From Bispira polyomma (Eukaryota), in assembly GCA_965649765.1 (NCBI GenBank), contig OZ287756.1, positions 9,858,001 to 9,922,000 on the forward strand: DNA of 64,000 bases, in the 5' to 3' direction. The notes under the pieces were generated by a model. It was not told the DNA's origin. It searched no databases and worked only from the letters and a program-made list of their open reading frames with translations. A program made the translations under genes and the position numbers. This document shows, in pieces, positions 1-14,200 of this stretch (positions within the stretch are counted from its first letter, which is position 1; each line of letters opens with the position of its first letter).

Positions 1-1739
1 AATTAAAGAATATCTTTGTGAATATCAGGTCCTAATCCTTGTTACGTATCCTGTCCTGGTTGGTTCAGTCTCAATATTTTTTATCAAGTGTCAATTATGT
101 GTCAACGTATTATCATGTTTACCAGACTGACCATGACTATATAGCAAAGAATTGTCTGAGTAATGATTGCTGAAAAATAATTGTTGATGTTGGCTTTTGG
201 ACAAAAATAAAGCCACATTGAAATAATGTCTAAAGAATTCTCCATTCTCCCACATAAATGTACAGCTATGACTTGCGAATTAAAGAGATTTTAAGATCAC
301 CACACTCTTATAGTATGCGTAGTGATAAATATTCTTGAAAACAAAACACCAGTTTAAATATAATTACTTACATTTCACCTGCCGTGGGATATTTTCCCTT
401 TTTTCCAAAGAACACTCAGAACACTTGATCCAGTTAGTTATTTAATTCTAAGTAATTATTTAGCCATATTTAACAGATGCATTTGAAATAACTTTTGCTA
501 CTGCTGATTTATGTAGGTTAGTTAAAATAACTGTTGGTACGAGTAGTTTAAATAGGTTAGTTAAAAGGGACCTTTAGGGGTAACACTCTTGCCCCTTACC
601 ACTTCATGGACTCTAATCTAGGCCTTTGAATGTTTTAAATTTTTCAGTCGACTTGCTGAAGGCCAGTTATTTAAAGTGTAGAAACTTGACCAATAACTCT
701 ATACTGGTTTCCTCCAGCAGCGATCTTTCTGCCCCATTACTGTTTTCAAAGTGACTTTAAACCACAAATAAATATATAAGGTAGATTAAGGTTGTCATTA
801 GTGGTGTCATGACCTCGACCAGAGGTCAGTCTAAGATACAGATATGTATGGTTAAGTACAAACCCCAAATAGAAAGAATTTAATCACATTTCTTGGTTTT
901 ATTTTCCACAAAAGTCACAGAAACAAGATACAATGTACATATATCTGTAACGTTTCCCCCTTGCTGCTAACACAAGTATGACTTTAGGGCTGACCAAACC
1001 ATCTTCAAGGTCTCCTTAAATAAAATATTAGGTTTTCTTTAAATTTCCTTCTTTCTTTACTAAAGAGCATTTCTGCAACCTGCCTTTAATAAAGAAGACC
1101 TTAACATTTTAAGGCTTCATTTAATCTTAATATTTCTTAATCAAACCAATTTTTAAGGTGGCTTGACCAAAGGTAGGAAATGACCTTACAATGGAAGGAA
1201 ATGCTCCTTCCTTTATTTTAAGGAGGTTTGGTGAGACCGGTTCGAGTTCTTATCACGAGAGTTGACGGTTCTTGCTCAAACTGGGGTGGCTTTTATATGT
1301 AGAGGTAGTCAAGCCATTAACAAGTACAGGAAGAGCTTACTTATAAATGTAAGGAAAGCTGCTAAGTCATATTTATTTTAAGAGGTGATAAATCTCTCTT
1401 TATCGATTCTAGAGAAAGGCAATATTCTGATTGGCGCTTGGACTGAGGTGTTTGGAATATGGTAGTTATGACAAGAACATGCCTGGCATTTCAGTCCACC
1501 TTACAAATCATTTCTTGTTTAATTTATTCTTGTTTCTCCTAAACCAATTATATTCTAAACTCTCTTTCGTTACGAATAAGACGTTCAATTTCCTTTGTCT
1601 GAAAACGGTAGCCATACTGGTTATTCCTGATTCTTGACAATCGAAAAAATAGTGTAGAGTTGAGTCATTCCACTATGACGAATGAATGACCCATAAACTC
1701 CTTGCCTATACATAGTATACAATTATGAAGTTCACTTAT

Positions 1740-2025
1740 CTTTATAAATAGGGGAAAGAGCCTTTCTGTTTTCTGCATAAAACCTACCAAGAGGGCTGGA
1801 TCTAGAGCTTTCTCAATCGCTGCCTCTATGTTATAGAATAGTTGCCCAGTTGAGCTTAGATCACAAGAAACACTTTCTGTGTTTCGACCATCTCTTTTAA
1901 CTCACTTACTCTCCCTCTTAATTCCCTCACTGTACACTCCCACATCCTTCCTTACAACATTGGCGTTTGTTCTTTTTGACTTAGGAAATGGTGAATTAAA
2001 AAGGTGCATTAAAAATGCAAAATAA
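1740..2025 (+). mobile_element. 3' fragment of an L2/CR1-group LINE
   Basis: Encodes a degenerate RAFSIAA..L.NSLP.ELR terminus; related copies near 3255-3460 (+), 12470-12780 (+), 20965-21330 (-) and 26575-26780 (+). Confidence 0.7.
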
Positions 2026-2218
2026 AAATAAAATATTTTTAGTGGCTTCAAAGTTTTTATAGATTCATTTTCTCTCTCCAAATTATTTATTTCGCTGTTT
2101 TAATTATAAAATGCATTTTATATTTTATGAACCATTCTAGTATCCAAACTACCTTGTGCTCTCTCTGTCAACATGTTCGTATAATGGAAGGTTGTACTGT
2201 ATCTTCATCTACTTTCAG

Positions 2219-2292
2219 GAGCTGCACTGACATCATCTGCTGCCTGTTGTTCCTCATCTGTTTCTTGGCAATGATAGCTATTGGCATCTGGG
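2219..2292 (+). CDS. SLC44A2: SLC44 exon (TM1): (R)[24 protein letters not shown]
   Basis: ttcag|GA...TGGG|gtgagt; 74 nt; phase 2 to phase 1. Confidence 0.95.
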
Positions 2293-5200
2293 GTGAGTTT
2301 AAACATGAACGATATTCTAATTTAAATATTTCTTATTGCTCATTGGAGGAAACCGCAATTTATTCGAGTAATAGATTAAATGCCTCATTTAAAGGGAACA
2401 TGTGTAATATGTGTACATCAGGGCATTAAACCCTCAGGCTTCTAGGGTTTCCCCTTTAGCTCAACATTTAGTGTACTGGACTGTTAATCTCAAGATCCAC
2501 AACAACCCAGGATCAAATCCCAGCAGTAGCAAGTTTCTTTATAAGTTATTTCTGTTGTTAACACCTGTACAAGTAATGTCAGATATACAGTAGACTCTCT
2601 GTAACTAGTTTTAACACCTCAAGTTCTGGGTGAACACACCTTTTATTGTTGTCCCACCCTTTAGTATACACCACCATGATACTGAGGAGAACTCACTCTG
2701 ACTTACAGTGGAATAGGGACACTTTATCTCTAATTGTACACTAATACCTCGCTCTAATTAATGTACACTATTCTCCAATCCTGAGAATCACTTCCACATC
2801 AGTTAGTATATAACTAACCCCGTTACCATCAGGTCAACGCATCTGATGAGCTTCTCCGTCAAAACCATGTACAAAATCCATATAGAGACCACTTGGCTCA
2901 TACAGTATGGCAATACCACTCTAATAAGTCCATCAGCTGTTCAAAACCATCATGACATCACAATACAGTGACATCACAGTCACCTAAGGTACAACTGGTT
3001 TCCAATAAAATAATTTAAACATATTGGAGATGGGATACTTCACCAAGGTTACTGGAAGAACATGACTCAAACCAAGTCATTCAAGCATGGTCAAGCAACC
3101 GTTACAAGACATATTGGAGTCCCGTGTTATATTTTTGTCACGTTTAATAATAAAAAAACCCAAAACCAGTACAAATCGAAATTTGTCGGTAATTGTAATA
3201 AATTTTCTGATCCCAATATTTAAAAATACTAGTTTTATATTAGATAAATGCAGTTACTTAAAGAGAGGAAAGAGACTTTCTATTACCTCTGTTAAACCCA
3301 GTAAGAGGACTGCTTCTAGTGCTTTCTCAATTGCTTCCCCTAAGTTATGGTATGGTCTCCCAGTTGAGCCGAGAACACTAGAAACTGTTTCTGGGTATGG
3401 GAGAAAATTTAAACCATATATCTTTAAAATCCCTTACGTTACGCATGTTAAAGATGCAAAATCCAAACACAATACAATGTTTTATGTTTATAAAATATTA
3501 AACTGATCTGCTTTGGTAATGTATCTGCACTCCATTCTATAACCACATATTGTAACCATAACTGGAATATCATCCAGAACACTGAAGAATTAACCAAAAT
3601 CTTCAATGAAAAACCATTGATTGACTATAGGAGATTACCCAACCTTAGGGATAGGCTCAGCAAATCCAAACACTTGCCTGTCTGCACCAGGCTGAGCAAG
3701 TGCACCTACTGCCCCAAAAATCAAGAAACTAGACACAGTTACAAGTTTCTCAACCAAACATATCTATAAATGTTTTAATCTACCACCTAAACACAAATTA
3801 ACTTGTGAACTGAATAATGTGATCTGCATCATCAATTGTACTAAATGTGGTCTCCAATACATTGGAGAGACCAAACGACCATTCAGACGGAGAATGTATG
3901 AACATTACAGAAGTGTTCATTTTTTTCTGCCACACAAATCAACCCCTGTCTCTAGACACTTTTCACAGGACCAACATTGTGAAAAACATGGTTTCAGTGT
4001 CATGTTAGGAGAGGACACCAACTCAGATTCCACCGCTAGGCATACATGCCAGGAACTATACTTTAATTGGGCCTTCCCCACCATACACCCTGCAGGTATC
4101 AACATATTTGTGTGAATGTATGCCCTCTTACCACACCCCTAACCCAGGTGCACTTATTTATTATCACATATTGTAATTGCTTATTTATTATTTAACCTTT
4201 ATAATAATCATCCAGAATTGTAATTTATTAACAACACAAGCTGTTACAATAATATGAAATACAGTTTTGTTTTTGTATAGTAATCATAAATTGTTGATAT
4301 ATATTGTTTTGGCCTACAGCCTACAGCAAAGGAAATCCAACGTTACTGTTATATCCCACTGATTCTGAGGGAAATGTGTGTGGCGTCGGAGACTTTGAGT
4401 AAGTAAAACAATTTTCTTTGTTCACCATAACTGGTTTCTGCTTCTTTGAACCAGAAAGTGTATTTTGAAGTAAATGAGAATAAAAGTTACAGAATTGAAC
4501 AGACACTTGTAGGAATTTTTTTTTTTAAACTTGAAAGTTGTTATAAAATGAGTTTAGGTGATAACTGCTGTACAGTGTGTGTGGGCAACTCTTCAATATC
4601 TGTCATTATTATCTGGGTTTTCATTAGAGATGTAAAGAGTACTTGAGTACTCATTAAAGAATAGAATGATGAACTATTTAGAGTACAAAATCAGAAAAAG
4701 AGTACTCTTTTCTTGTTTATATCAGCAGGTTTGCAAATATTGTCATGAAATTGACCTTGAATGAGTCATATCTTGTAACTTTTAAAGGAAAGTCATGCAA
4801 ATTCTGGTTATTTTATGCTTAAAGGAGTACTCTTTAAGGAGAAGAATAATGATGAAAGAGTATTCGGGTATAAAAGTTACTACTCAGCCTAGTTTTCATC
4901 CACTTCAGCTGCTAGAACTAGATAAACTAATCCTTTAAAAGTATATCTAAATGTAAATCCAAGTTTCATTTTAACCTTTTCGACCCAAAGAAAAAACTAT
5001 CACCGGGAACTGAAGGACATTTTTTGGGTAACTAAGGCTACAGGTAGCTGAAGTCACTAAAACACAAACCACAGACTACTTCCGGCATTCAATAATGGCC
5101 CTTGCATATAATTTTTAAACAAAGTAGTCTGTTGTACTAACAATTTAGATTGTTTATATTCCGCAGGGACAAATGATTTCTCTGTTTCAGAGATTGACCA

Positions 5201-8200
5201 TTTATTTAGTTATTATTTTGATAACCTGTTTGGGGGTAGATTACTTATTATTTGATATATAGAGAGACGTGTGACCGTTTCAAGGTGGACCATTTATTAT
5301 TTTTTCAGAGACAAGCCGTACCTGTTCTTCTTTGACCTGATTGACTGTGCAAAAGTAGGCGTGGCTGTGGCAGTAACGGGTTGTCCGACACCTCAGGTAC
5401 TGTATCTATTCATTCTGGTATACTGTGACCTAAGGTGGCCCGGTGGCCTGGTGGTTAGAAACCCTTACCTCACAGTCACTGGCCTCTCACCAATGCTTTA
5501 AATCCTTTTCATTCCTTCATGTAGAAACATTTATCAAGTACCAGTAACTGGCATTTTCCTATCTCAGGACATTAGGGCCACAGTGATTCTAGTGGTTAGA
5601 AGTGTGGGCTTCACCATCACTGGCCTCTCACCAATGTGGGTTCGAATCCCATTCGTTCCTTCATTTGGGAAATTTAAATTACATGCCATTAATCTAGGTA
5701 CTTGCCGTAAGTCGGTGGTTTACAGTGGCTTCAGCACTGCTTTCTTACACCCTTAAATCTGGCGGCTATGATATGACCTGAGATGTTGAAAGTGACTTAA
5801 GACCCGACTAAATTCAAACCCTGAATGGCGTAATGGTCTGATGCAAACACAATGTCTTTGTAACTACACTTGTCATAAGAAGTTCACATTTTTGGGCACA
5901 ATTTATTCATCAGTAATTCTAGTTAATAGACTCAAAAATGAACATATATGATAAAACAAAATTGACTTCCTAGTTGTGAGGTTTTTTCTAGCCTTACAGA
6001 GCTTATGCATATCAACTAGTATATATGTATGTTTTGTTATGTCCAAGAATTCAATTTGTAAAAGGTAAAATTAATACATCATTATAAATGAGCATTCTTC
6101 AGTTAACAGAATAAAATTAACTTTGAAGGAATTATGGCCTTGAATTTGACATATTTTATATTCTCTGTTACATTTTAAGTTTTAAGAAATGATAGCCTTA
6201 AATTTGACATGTTATAGATTCCCCAGTTAAATTTTAAGTTAATGGTGTCAACAGAGAAGTTTAGCACATCGTTATTATATTACTTTACTTCAGCTATAGC
6301 CACAGATGTAGTTTGAAATTGTGGTACGTTATATTTCAGTATTTCTACAAAGAATTCATAAATGCCAGTGGTAACAAATGCAGTAAATTTTACTGAAATA
6401 AGGCAAAACTGATCCACTGACAAACTGAGCAATCAATAAAATTACAAATTCAATCAGGAGAAGTAAAACGACAGCCATTTTTCGAAATATACCATCTATA
6501 CAATTTTTAACTGTTTATTGCAGCTTTGGAAAGATCGTGGGGAATTCCCAAATTGTATATGGTGTTATTGATTACTTGCGTGCGGACTGACTAGAAAATG
6601 CTGTGCTAGGCATTTCTATTGTTAATATAGGTAAACTTTTAATCTATGTCTCACCTATCAGGTGTGCGTGGCCCACTGCCCAAATAACAGTTGGCATTAG
6701 TTGCCCCAAGTAACTTTTAATTTATTATTGTCTCACCTGTCAGGTGTGCGTGGCTCAATGTCCCAATAACAGTTGGCACTACCTGCCACAAGTGTCATCA
6801 GAAACGTTCTACCTGGGTGGTTCAGATAAGAGCGGCAGGGAAGATATGATCTGTAAAAGTCATATAAACCCTGTTATCAGTAACAAGGTAGCATTGCTAG
6901 GCTACATTTAAATCTTCCTGGTTTATATTATTTACATTAGAAGAGATCTTGGTGACTTTAATTTTGAAAACGCATCATTATTATTTGAACCCCTGACTTC
7001 GTATATTCACAAACATTCTTAAAATACAATTCTTACCAGAATTTTCTTAACATCATCCAATCGCTTTTCTTTAAACATTATCTTCAGCCAATCTAATTGA
7101 CCAAAAAAAAAAAAAAAATTCCAATCAAATTTTTTTCCAAACACTTTCTTTAGCCAATTAGATTAGTTGTGACAAAATTTAAACAATAAGAATCATTGTG
7201 AATATACCACCAGCTCTAGCTGTGCATATAGAATAAATATCTTCTGGCTTCTACTGAATGTGCTCGATTAATAATTATGTATCAATGGAAATTTGAGCTA
7301 AATAAAATGTCATTATATTTTTTTAAATTTCGAGATCCTTCACTGGAATTATTTTTTTTGTACACTGTAAATCAGTTCAGTAGAGTATTTGTGTAATATC
7401 CCAGTGATAAACAAACAAACCAACAGGCACACAAACACTCCATCTTGGAGGAGGGTAACGATGAGAATATTTCTGTACTCGTTCGTAATCATTGGACCAA
7501 TGTATATTGTTACAGTATACAGGAGTTTAGCAAGAGTCAAATTTCCATATGCACAGAATATTAAAATTTCTTAAAGTTCATTTATTTTTGTTTTGATATA
7601 TAGTTTTTTGTACATAGGTCTGATTATCCTCAGAGAAAACTCAAATATCAATTAAATTTTTCTTACTCTTTATGGTTATTTTTCTATTGGTGAGGAGTTA
7701 AGTTTTAGTTGATGACTTTTTACAATGTTTGGGAAATAATCAAACTATGTGCATTAGTCACAGGCGCTAGGATACGAGTACTTATTGAGTGCATTGTTTA
7801 CTGAAGCTGTTGCATGGTAATTTGCGCTATATATTTATATAGAGGTAAGCCGCTTATACAACAACAGTCGCTTCTGCAAACAATAAGTAGGCACGTGACC
7901 TTAGGCGCCTGTGGTATAAGTCATATAAAATACGAATAGTTTTATAGATTTCTTTAAAAGTTGCATCCCCTGTTAAGTAGAACTTGAAGGAGACTAGAGA
8001 AATACCTCTAGTTTAGGATTTCCACTTGACAGCATAAATTTAAAAAAAAGAGGTCTTTGATGGACTACAGAATTTTTTGTTTTCAATATGAAAGGGAAAT
8101 CCCCTTCACAGAGTTCTACTTCAAGGGCTTTGACTGTATCTATATATATATTTTTTTTTACAAGATTATGGTATAGGAACATTATTATTTTTTATACTTC

Positions 8201-11200
8201 CTTCAATTATGGCATGGAGAGAGCTGGCTCTTAATTATATGTAATGTCTATAGTTATGTCTTGCATGTATTTCAACTTCCCTCTTAAATTACAGTAAAAC
8301 CTCTATTATCCACAAACAACAGCCATCGTTTTATACAAAAAAATACCTCCCATCACCATTTCGTGAACATTCTATTATCCAAATAGAATAAGACTCTCCC
8401 CAGGTATTTGGATACTAGAAGTTTTACTTTATGTAAGTTGTCAGGTAAAAGTTAGCAATTATATACATTGAAATCCATAAGGTGGCACAATGATATGTTT
8501 GCATTAAAGAAGATACCTGGAATCTTATTGGGCAACATCTACATCACCGTGATTACCACCACGATGTATGGTCTCTGTTAATATTTTTTGTACATTTTAT
8601 CTTGAAATAAAATTCTATTCACTTAATTAATCCTCCACATCCTCCTCCTCTGGTGATTAGATCTGCGTAACGGAGTGTCCGAACGAGTACTTTGAATGGT
8701 TCACAACGCATGCCGCCGAGTTAGTCGACAGTTCAGATAAATCTGGCAGGGATAAAATGCTCTGTAAATATGATGTAGACCCGGAAACGTCGTCTAAGGT
8801 AAAATAACAAACACCTGTTGTGTCCGTGTTGTGTTTATATTTTATATATATATATATTAGGGTAAGGAATCTAAAATTTGCCACTGTCTATCTAAAATTT
8901 GTCACCTGGAAAATGTTGTGTTTTTGGTAGAATTGTGGGTAATATTTGCCGAAATTGAGATTATTGGGGACTATTTTGCCTTACTTTACCTAAATTCCAG
9001 TTATTTTTCGCCCAGTTTTTATAGATTTAGTTTAAATTTTAGAGGGGTGATTAAATTTAAGATGAATTGGCGAATTTTTTTATTCCTTTCTCTAGGGTGT
9101 GCTTTTGTAGGTGATGTTCACACCGTAGTCTGCCAGGGCACTGGGTATTAACAAAAACATTCTTTTAAAACTCATTCTTAGACTTAGTGTTTTATCTCAT
9201 GGAGTTTGGAACTGCCTTTTCATGTTATTGTATATATTTAAACCATGTGTATACTAAATACCAACAATTATTTTCAACAAACTCTGTTAATCGCTAAATC
9301 CAGTGAGTTTATGTGTAAACTTAAATTTCAATAAAAGTCCGTCATCAGAGTAATAATGTCATGGCTTTTTTTCTGGATCTTAGAATAGAAATATTCTCCC
9401 TAGAAAAACTTCCCCAAAACAAAGTTCATCAGCTTCTAGTGCCATAATTGACTTTTAATTTCACTGCATGAGTCACCCCCACGTATTTAAACTGAAAGTA
9501 TTTTAAATCAGAATAAGAAGTTTTGATGCAACATTTTTTTTAGGTTTTAACTGTAAACTAAAAAAAAAAAGAGTTTAAGCAGAAAATGAGTTTAAGCATT
9601 AGCTTAAGTCTAAGAATGTTTTTTGTTAATACTATCCCTGGAGTATGTTGTTTTAGTTATATCTAACATTATTATTATATATACATGTGTAGTTGAAGTA
9701 GTTAAGTAGATAATGCTGCAAAGTCAAGTTCTGGTTTTCTGTTATTGTTGTGGAGAAACATCAGTTCAGTGCCACAAAAGGGTACTTCTTCTTTTAAAGT
9801 TTTATGCTATTGAGATTCGACTTAAATGGTTCAACTGTTTATGTGTATATATAAGTGTGCACTACATGTCTATTAACATTTATGGCTGAATTGCTATTAC
9901 TGTAGAATCTGTATATTAAGTCGAAATGTGCAAAATCCACAGGATTTAGTTCTACTTCTGGCTAACTTCCACTTGTACATACAGTCAAACCCCCTTTAAG
10001 TAGAACTCTCTTAAGTCGATTTCCTTTTTATCTGAAGAAACATATTTCCTTTTCAAATTCGCCCTGATGAGTTTAACATTCTGCTTAAGTAGAGGTATTT
10101 GTCCTGGTCCCTTGGGTTCCACTTAAAGGGGTTTAACTGTAGTTTAAAACTGCTATTTTTGAATATTGGGACTAGAAAATTAGTTCTACCCTAAACTCTC
10201 TCTGAATAGCCCATGCTTTCATAATAGCCCACCCCTAGTTTCCTATAAACACTGTTGATATTTTGAATAGAAAAATTACATTCTCTGTAGAGCCCATACC
10301 CTACATTTCCTAAATTGAAGTTTAAAGCCTATGGGCTATTGCGAGAGAGTTTAGGGTAGTTACAGAGACATTGGACTTACTATACTGGTCCTAGTTATAG
10401 AGAGTTTACTGTATATGTCTGTTCATATTGTTTCACATTGTTTTACATTGTTTTACATTGTTTTAAATATACTAACCCATGGTTGCAAGTGATGCTATTT
10501 AACATTTGCTTTTGTTATCGTAAGTTAATAAATGTTTTCTTATTCACTCCTATATTTCTTGTTTAATACACTTTACTTTTAGTTTCTACTTAATTTTGGC
10601 TATAAAGCCTTGTTTCCATGCAGGCGCATACGCATAATCTGTATACGCCATATACATCTATCAATAAAGATAAATAAATATATATGTATGTAAATTTACA
10701 TTTGTACTTCATTTTTCAGTCATAACTTTCTTATTTCTGGTCCGATTTAAAAAATTCTTTCGCAATTTTTGTTGTTTTTTATGCCGCAAAAATGTTGGCC
10801 ATATTTAAAAAGTTTACATAAAAAAGCCAAGTGCTTATTAAATACAATTACCGTGATCCCATATCCATTATAAATGGCTCCTCTGGCAATTTGTAACATA
10901 CCATATTTACGTAGCATATATGGATGCATTGAAACTTTATTAAGCAGCTATTAAATTTTGACGCGTACTTGAAGTGTGATGTGTAGGGATGACAGTTTTG
11001 CATGGCATGGAAACGGGGCTTTAGTATGTCAGTTCTAACACTTAATCGGCTTCTAGTTGTGGTGTATAGTTTGTAGTGCTTATGTTTAACCCTTATCACG
11101 TTTATTAGGTGTGTGTTCACAGTTGTCCCAAAAAATATTTCTCTTGGTTGGAAGTAGAAAGCGGTCTTTATTCAAGGTCTGAATTAGTATGCAGACATAA

Positions 11201-14200
11201 GGTTGACCCCAGTGAGTCTTCAAAGGTAAACTGTCAGTCTGTCGGTTGTAATTTAGAGTAAGGAATCTAAAATTTGCCACTCTATCTAAAATTCGCCACC
11301 CAGAAAATATAGACTTTCTTTAAATCCTTTCCTCTCAAGTATTACATGAGGGCAGTTTGACTTTGTAAATAGATACTGGTGCTGAGAAAAGTATTTGCAT
11401 AGAAAAGACTGGCCCAATACACACAGTAGAATCATAATGGATAAATAAGGCTAAAAATACCAAGACTTGTGAGCCAGTCTTTTTTTGTTAGAATTGTGAA
11501 TTTGTAAGTAAATATTTTCTGATATTGAGACTTTAGTGACAATTTTGCCTTACTTTCCTAAATTTCGGTTATATTTTTGCCCAGTCTTTAAGGATTTGGC
11601 TTAAATTTTATGGGTGGTGAGTTTTAGATACGGTGACACATTTTAGATTCCTTACTCTACTTGTATTCATTTGTTAAACTCTTCTCTTTTAAGAAAGGTT
11701 AAATTTGTCCATTTCCCAATGTCTCTGTGTGGACGCAGTAAATGATCTATTTTGGTAATCCTTTCACAGTTTAAATCTAATAATATATGAAATTTCGTTA
11801 AAAATAGTGGGGGGGGGGGGGGCACAGTGGCCTTGTGGTTAGCTTCACAATCACTGGCCTCTCACCAGTGTGGGTTTGAATCCAATTCGTTTTCCTTCAT
11901 GTAAAAAAGTTTGTCAGGTACTTGCTGTAGGTCGGTGGTCGGTGGTTTACAATGCTTCAGCACTGCGGTTTCTCCAATAAATTTGGCTGTCGTGATAAGA
12001 CATAAGCTGTTAAAAAAGCGAATTCAAACTCAAAAATAGTGACAATTACTGTTGAGTGCCTTCAGTTCAGTCAAACCTCAACAGATCAGGAAGTATACCT
12101 CTACTCAAGCAAAATTTCCACTTAACAATTGTAGATTGTAAAGAAAACTTAGGCCTTAGTTGAACTACAAATTTTTCTCCACATAGAATGTAAAATGCTG
12201 GTAATAAGGCAGGATAAAAGATATGCAATGTTACACTCATCTGTTAAATAAATACAGCTGTTTTCTCTAAGTAATAAAATGACAAAACAATAGTAGACCA
12301 GTTGTGCACTGCAGCTTCAGGTAAATTATTATTTCTTGTTGTTTTTTCATTTAATGATATAGTCAGTGCAAGAGTTGGTAGAAGATGAGGACTGTGCAGC
12401 TTATTACCTCAACAGCAGTGCTTGTAAGTACACATGAAATATTCTTTTTTTGTGCTCCTATTTATACTCAAGTCACCACTTTCACCCCTTTCAAAGCCGT
12501 TATTTCTCAGCCTTTCCTTCAGCAACCTGAAGATGGGAAATAGACTTTCTCTTTCCTCTATTAGACCCACTGGGAGGGCTGAATCTAGAGCTTTCTCTAC
12601 TGCTGCTCCTATGTTTTGGAATGGTCTACCTGCTGAGCTAAGATCGCTTGAAACACTCTCTCTGGGTTTAGAAAAAAGCTTAAAACCCATCTTTTTGAAC
12701 TCGCGTACCTTCCCATAGTTTCCCTCCCTGTACACCCCTACATCCTTCCTTATGACCTTGGCTATGTTTTTGGACTTCTCTATTAATTTACTGATTCTGT
12801 TGTTGCACTTGCCAATTAGCCCATTCCTGACTGTAACAGTCAAGTTACTGTCATTCCCCTAACTAAAGAGAAAGGCTTGAGGATGACACTATTTATTTAT
12901 CAATGTCCGCAAGGATATTTAGTCTGCCACTTTGGATAGGACAGTGACAGAGGACACCGCCATTTCAAGTGGTCATCCGTGCAAGTAGGCAAACGTGTGT
13001 ACACATCTTGCTCCAGGATGTTTTCCCACTAATAAAACTAGCCGCCGGTACCGTGAGTAGAACCCGGTACCTTCTGATCATTAGATCAACTCCCTAACCA
13101 CTAGTCCACGGGGATCTGTGTAGTCTTCCAAGGCCTAGTGGTTAGAGAGTTATTTCGATGATCAAAAGGTTCCCGGTATGACTCCCAGTTGGGGGGAGTT
13201 GGTCTGGTGGTTGTGTGGTTCCTGGTTCAAAACTCCCGCTAAATGCCGCTAGGTTCATTAGTGGGATAAACATTCTTGTGCAACATGTGAATACACCATT
13301 ACCTACCATATGATGATAATGCAAGTGGTTATAAGCGTCTGCTTCAAAATCATAGGCATCTCACCCCTGGGGATCGAATCCCACAGATTCCTTCTTCATA
13401 TGAGAAAGTTTGTCAGATACTTGCCGGTAGGTCGGTGGTTTCTCACATCACTAATCGTGGCCATCGTGATATGACCAATGCTACTGAAAGTGACGTAAAA
13501 CCCAAATAAATTCAAATGGAAGCGTTCATATGGTGCCACATTGCTAAGTGCATCCTCTGAGACACTGATGATACCTCAGAGACTTTCAAGTACAATGCCT
13601 ATATCTTCTGTTTCCAGTGGCTGGGCGATGTGTGCCCACCTTTATCAGTACGATCATTGACGAAGCGGGGGAGTTGGTGGACTCAGGAGGCCAGGTTATC
13701 GTGGACAGACTGAATAACACAGTGAATGGGACGGCTGTAGAGGAGGGCACTAAGTGAGTACAGTCACGTGTGAATTCCTATCAACAATAAGTAAGATTGA
13801 TGTGTTTATCATGTGTGTTAAGACTACCTCCTACTTATGCTTGTTCAAAAAACGATGCTGAGACATCCCTCAAAGTAACCATCAATCCCTGTGGGTTTTT
13901 TTTCTGAAACCCGAGGTAAGCATATATCTCCATGGCCATTGCGAAAATTTAGGATTTTTCCAAATTTCTGCAATGAATGTGGCACGACAGGGGATATCGA
14001 TATACTTTCGTTCATACGTGATATGACCAAAACTGACCTCACCTAAATACAGGAATCACTTGGCGATAAACGGCCATTTTCGATGTGCCAGATACATGCT
14101 GGGTAAGCGGAGATAATTGCAAGGCCAACATGAAAGTGGGAGCCAGCCATTGATCACTGGGGCTTTATTCTTTGATTTAATTTAGTCTTAGGCTTAAGAT

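Noticed and set aside
2838-2880. Hammerhead ribozyme near the Penelope relic (CTGATGAG...CAAAAC)
   Set aside because: The GAAA core reads CAAAA and no stem I complement is visible; at most a dead remnant.
10603-11023. 19-bp intronic helix upstream of A3 as a docking/selector pair
   Set aside because: Better explained as the TIRs of a Harbinger-like MITE; a related end occurs near 18955.
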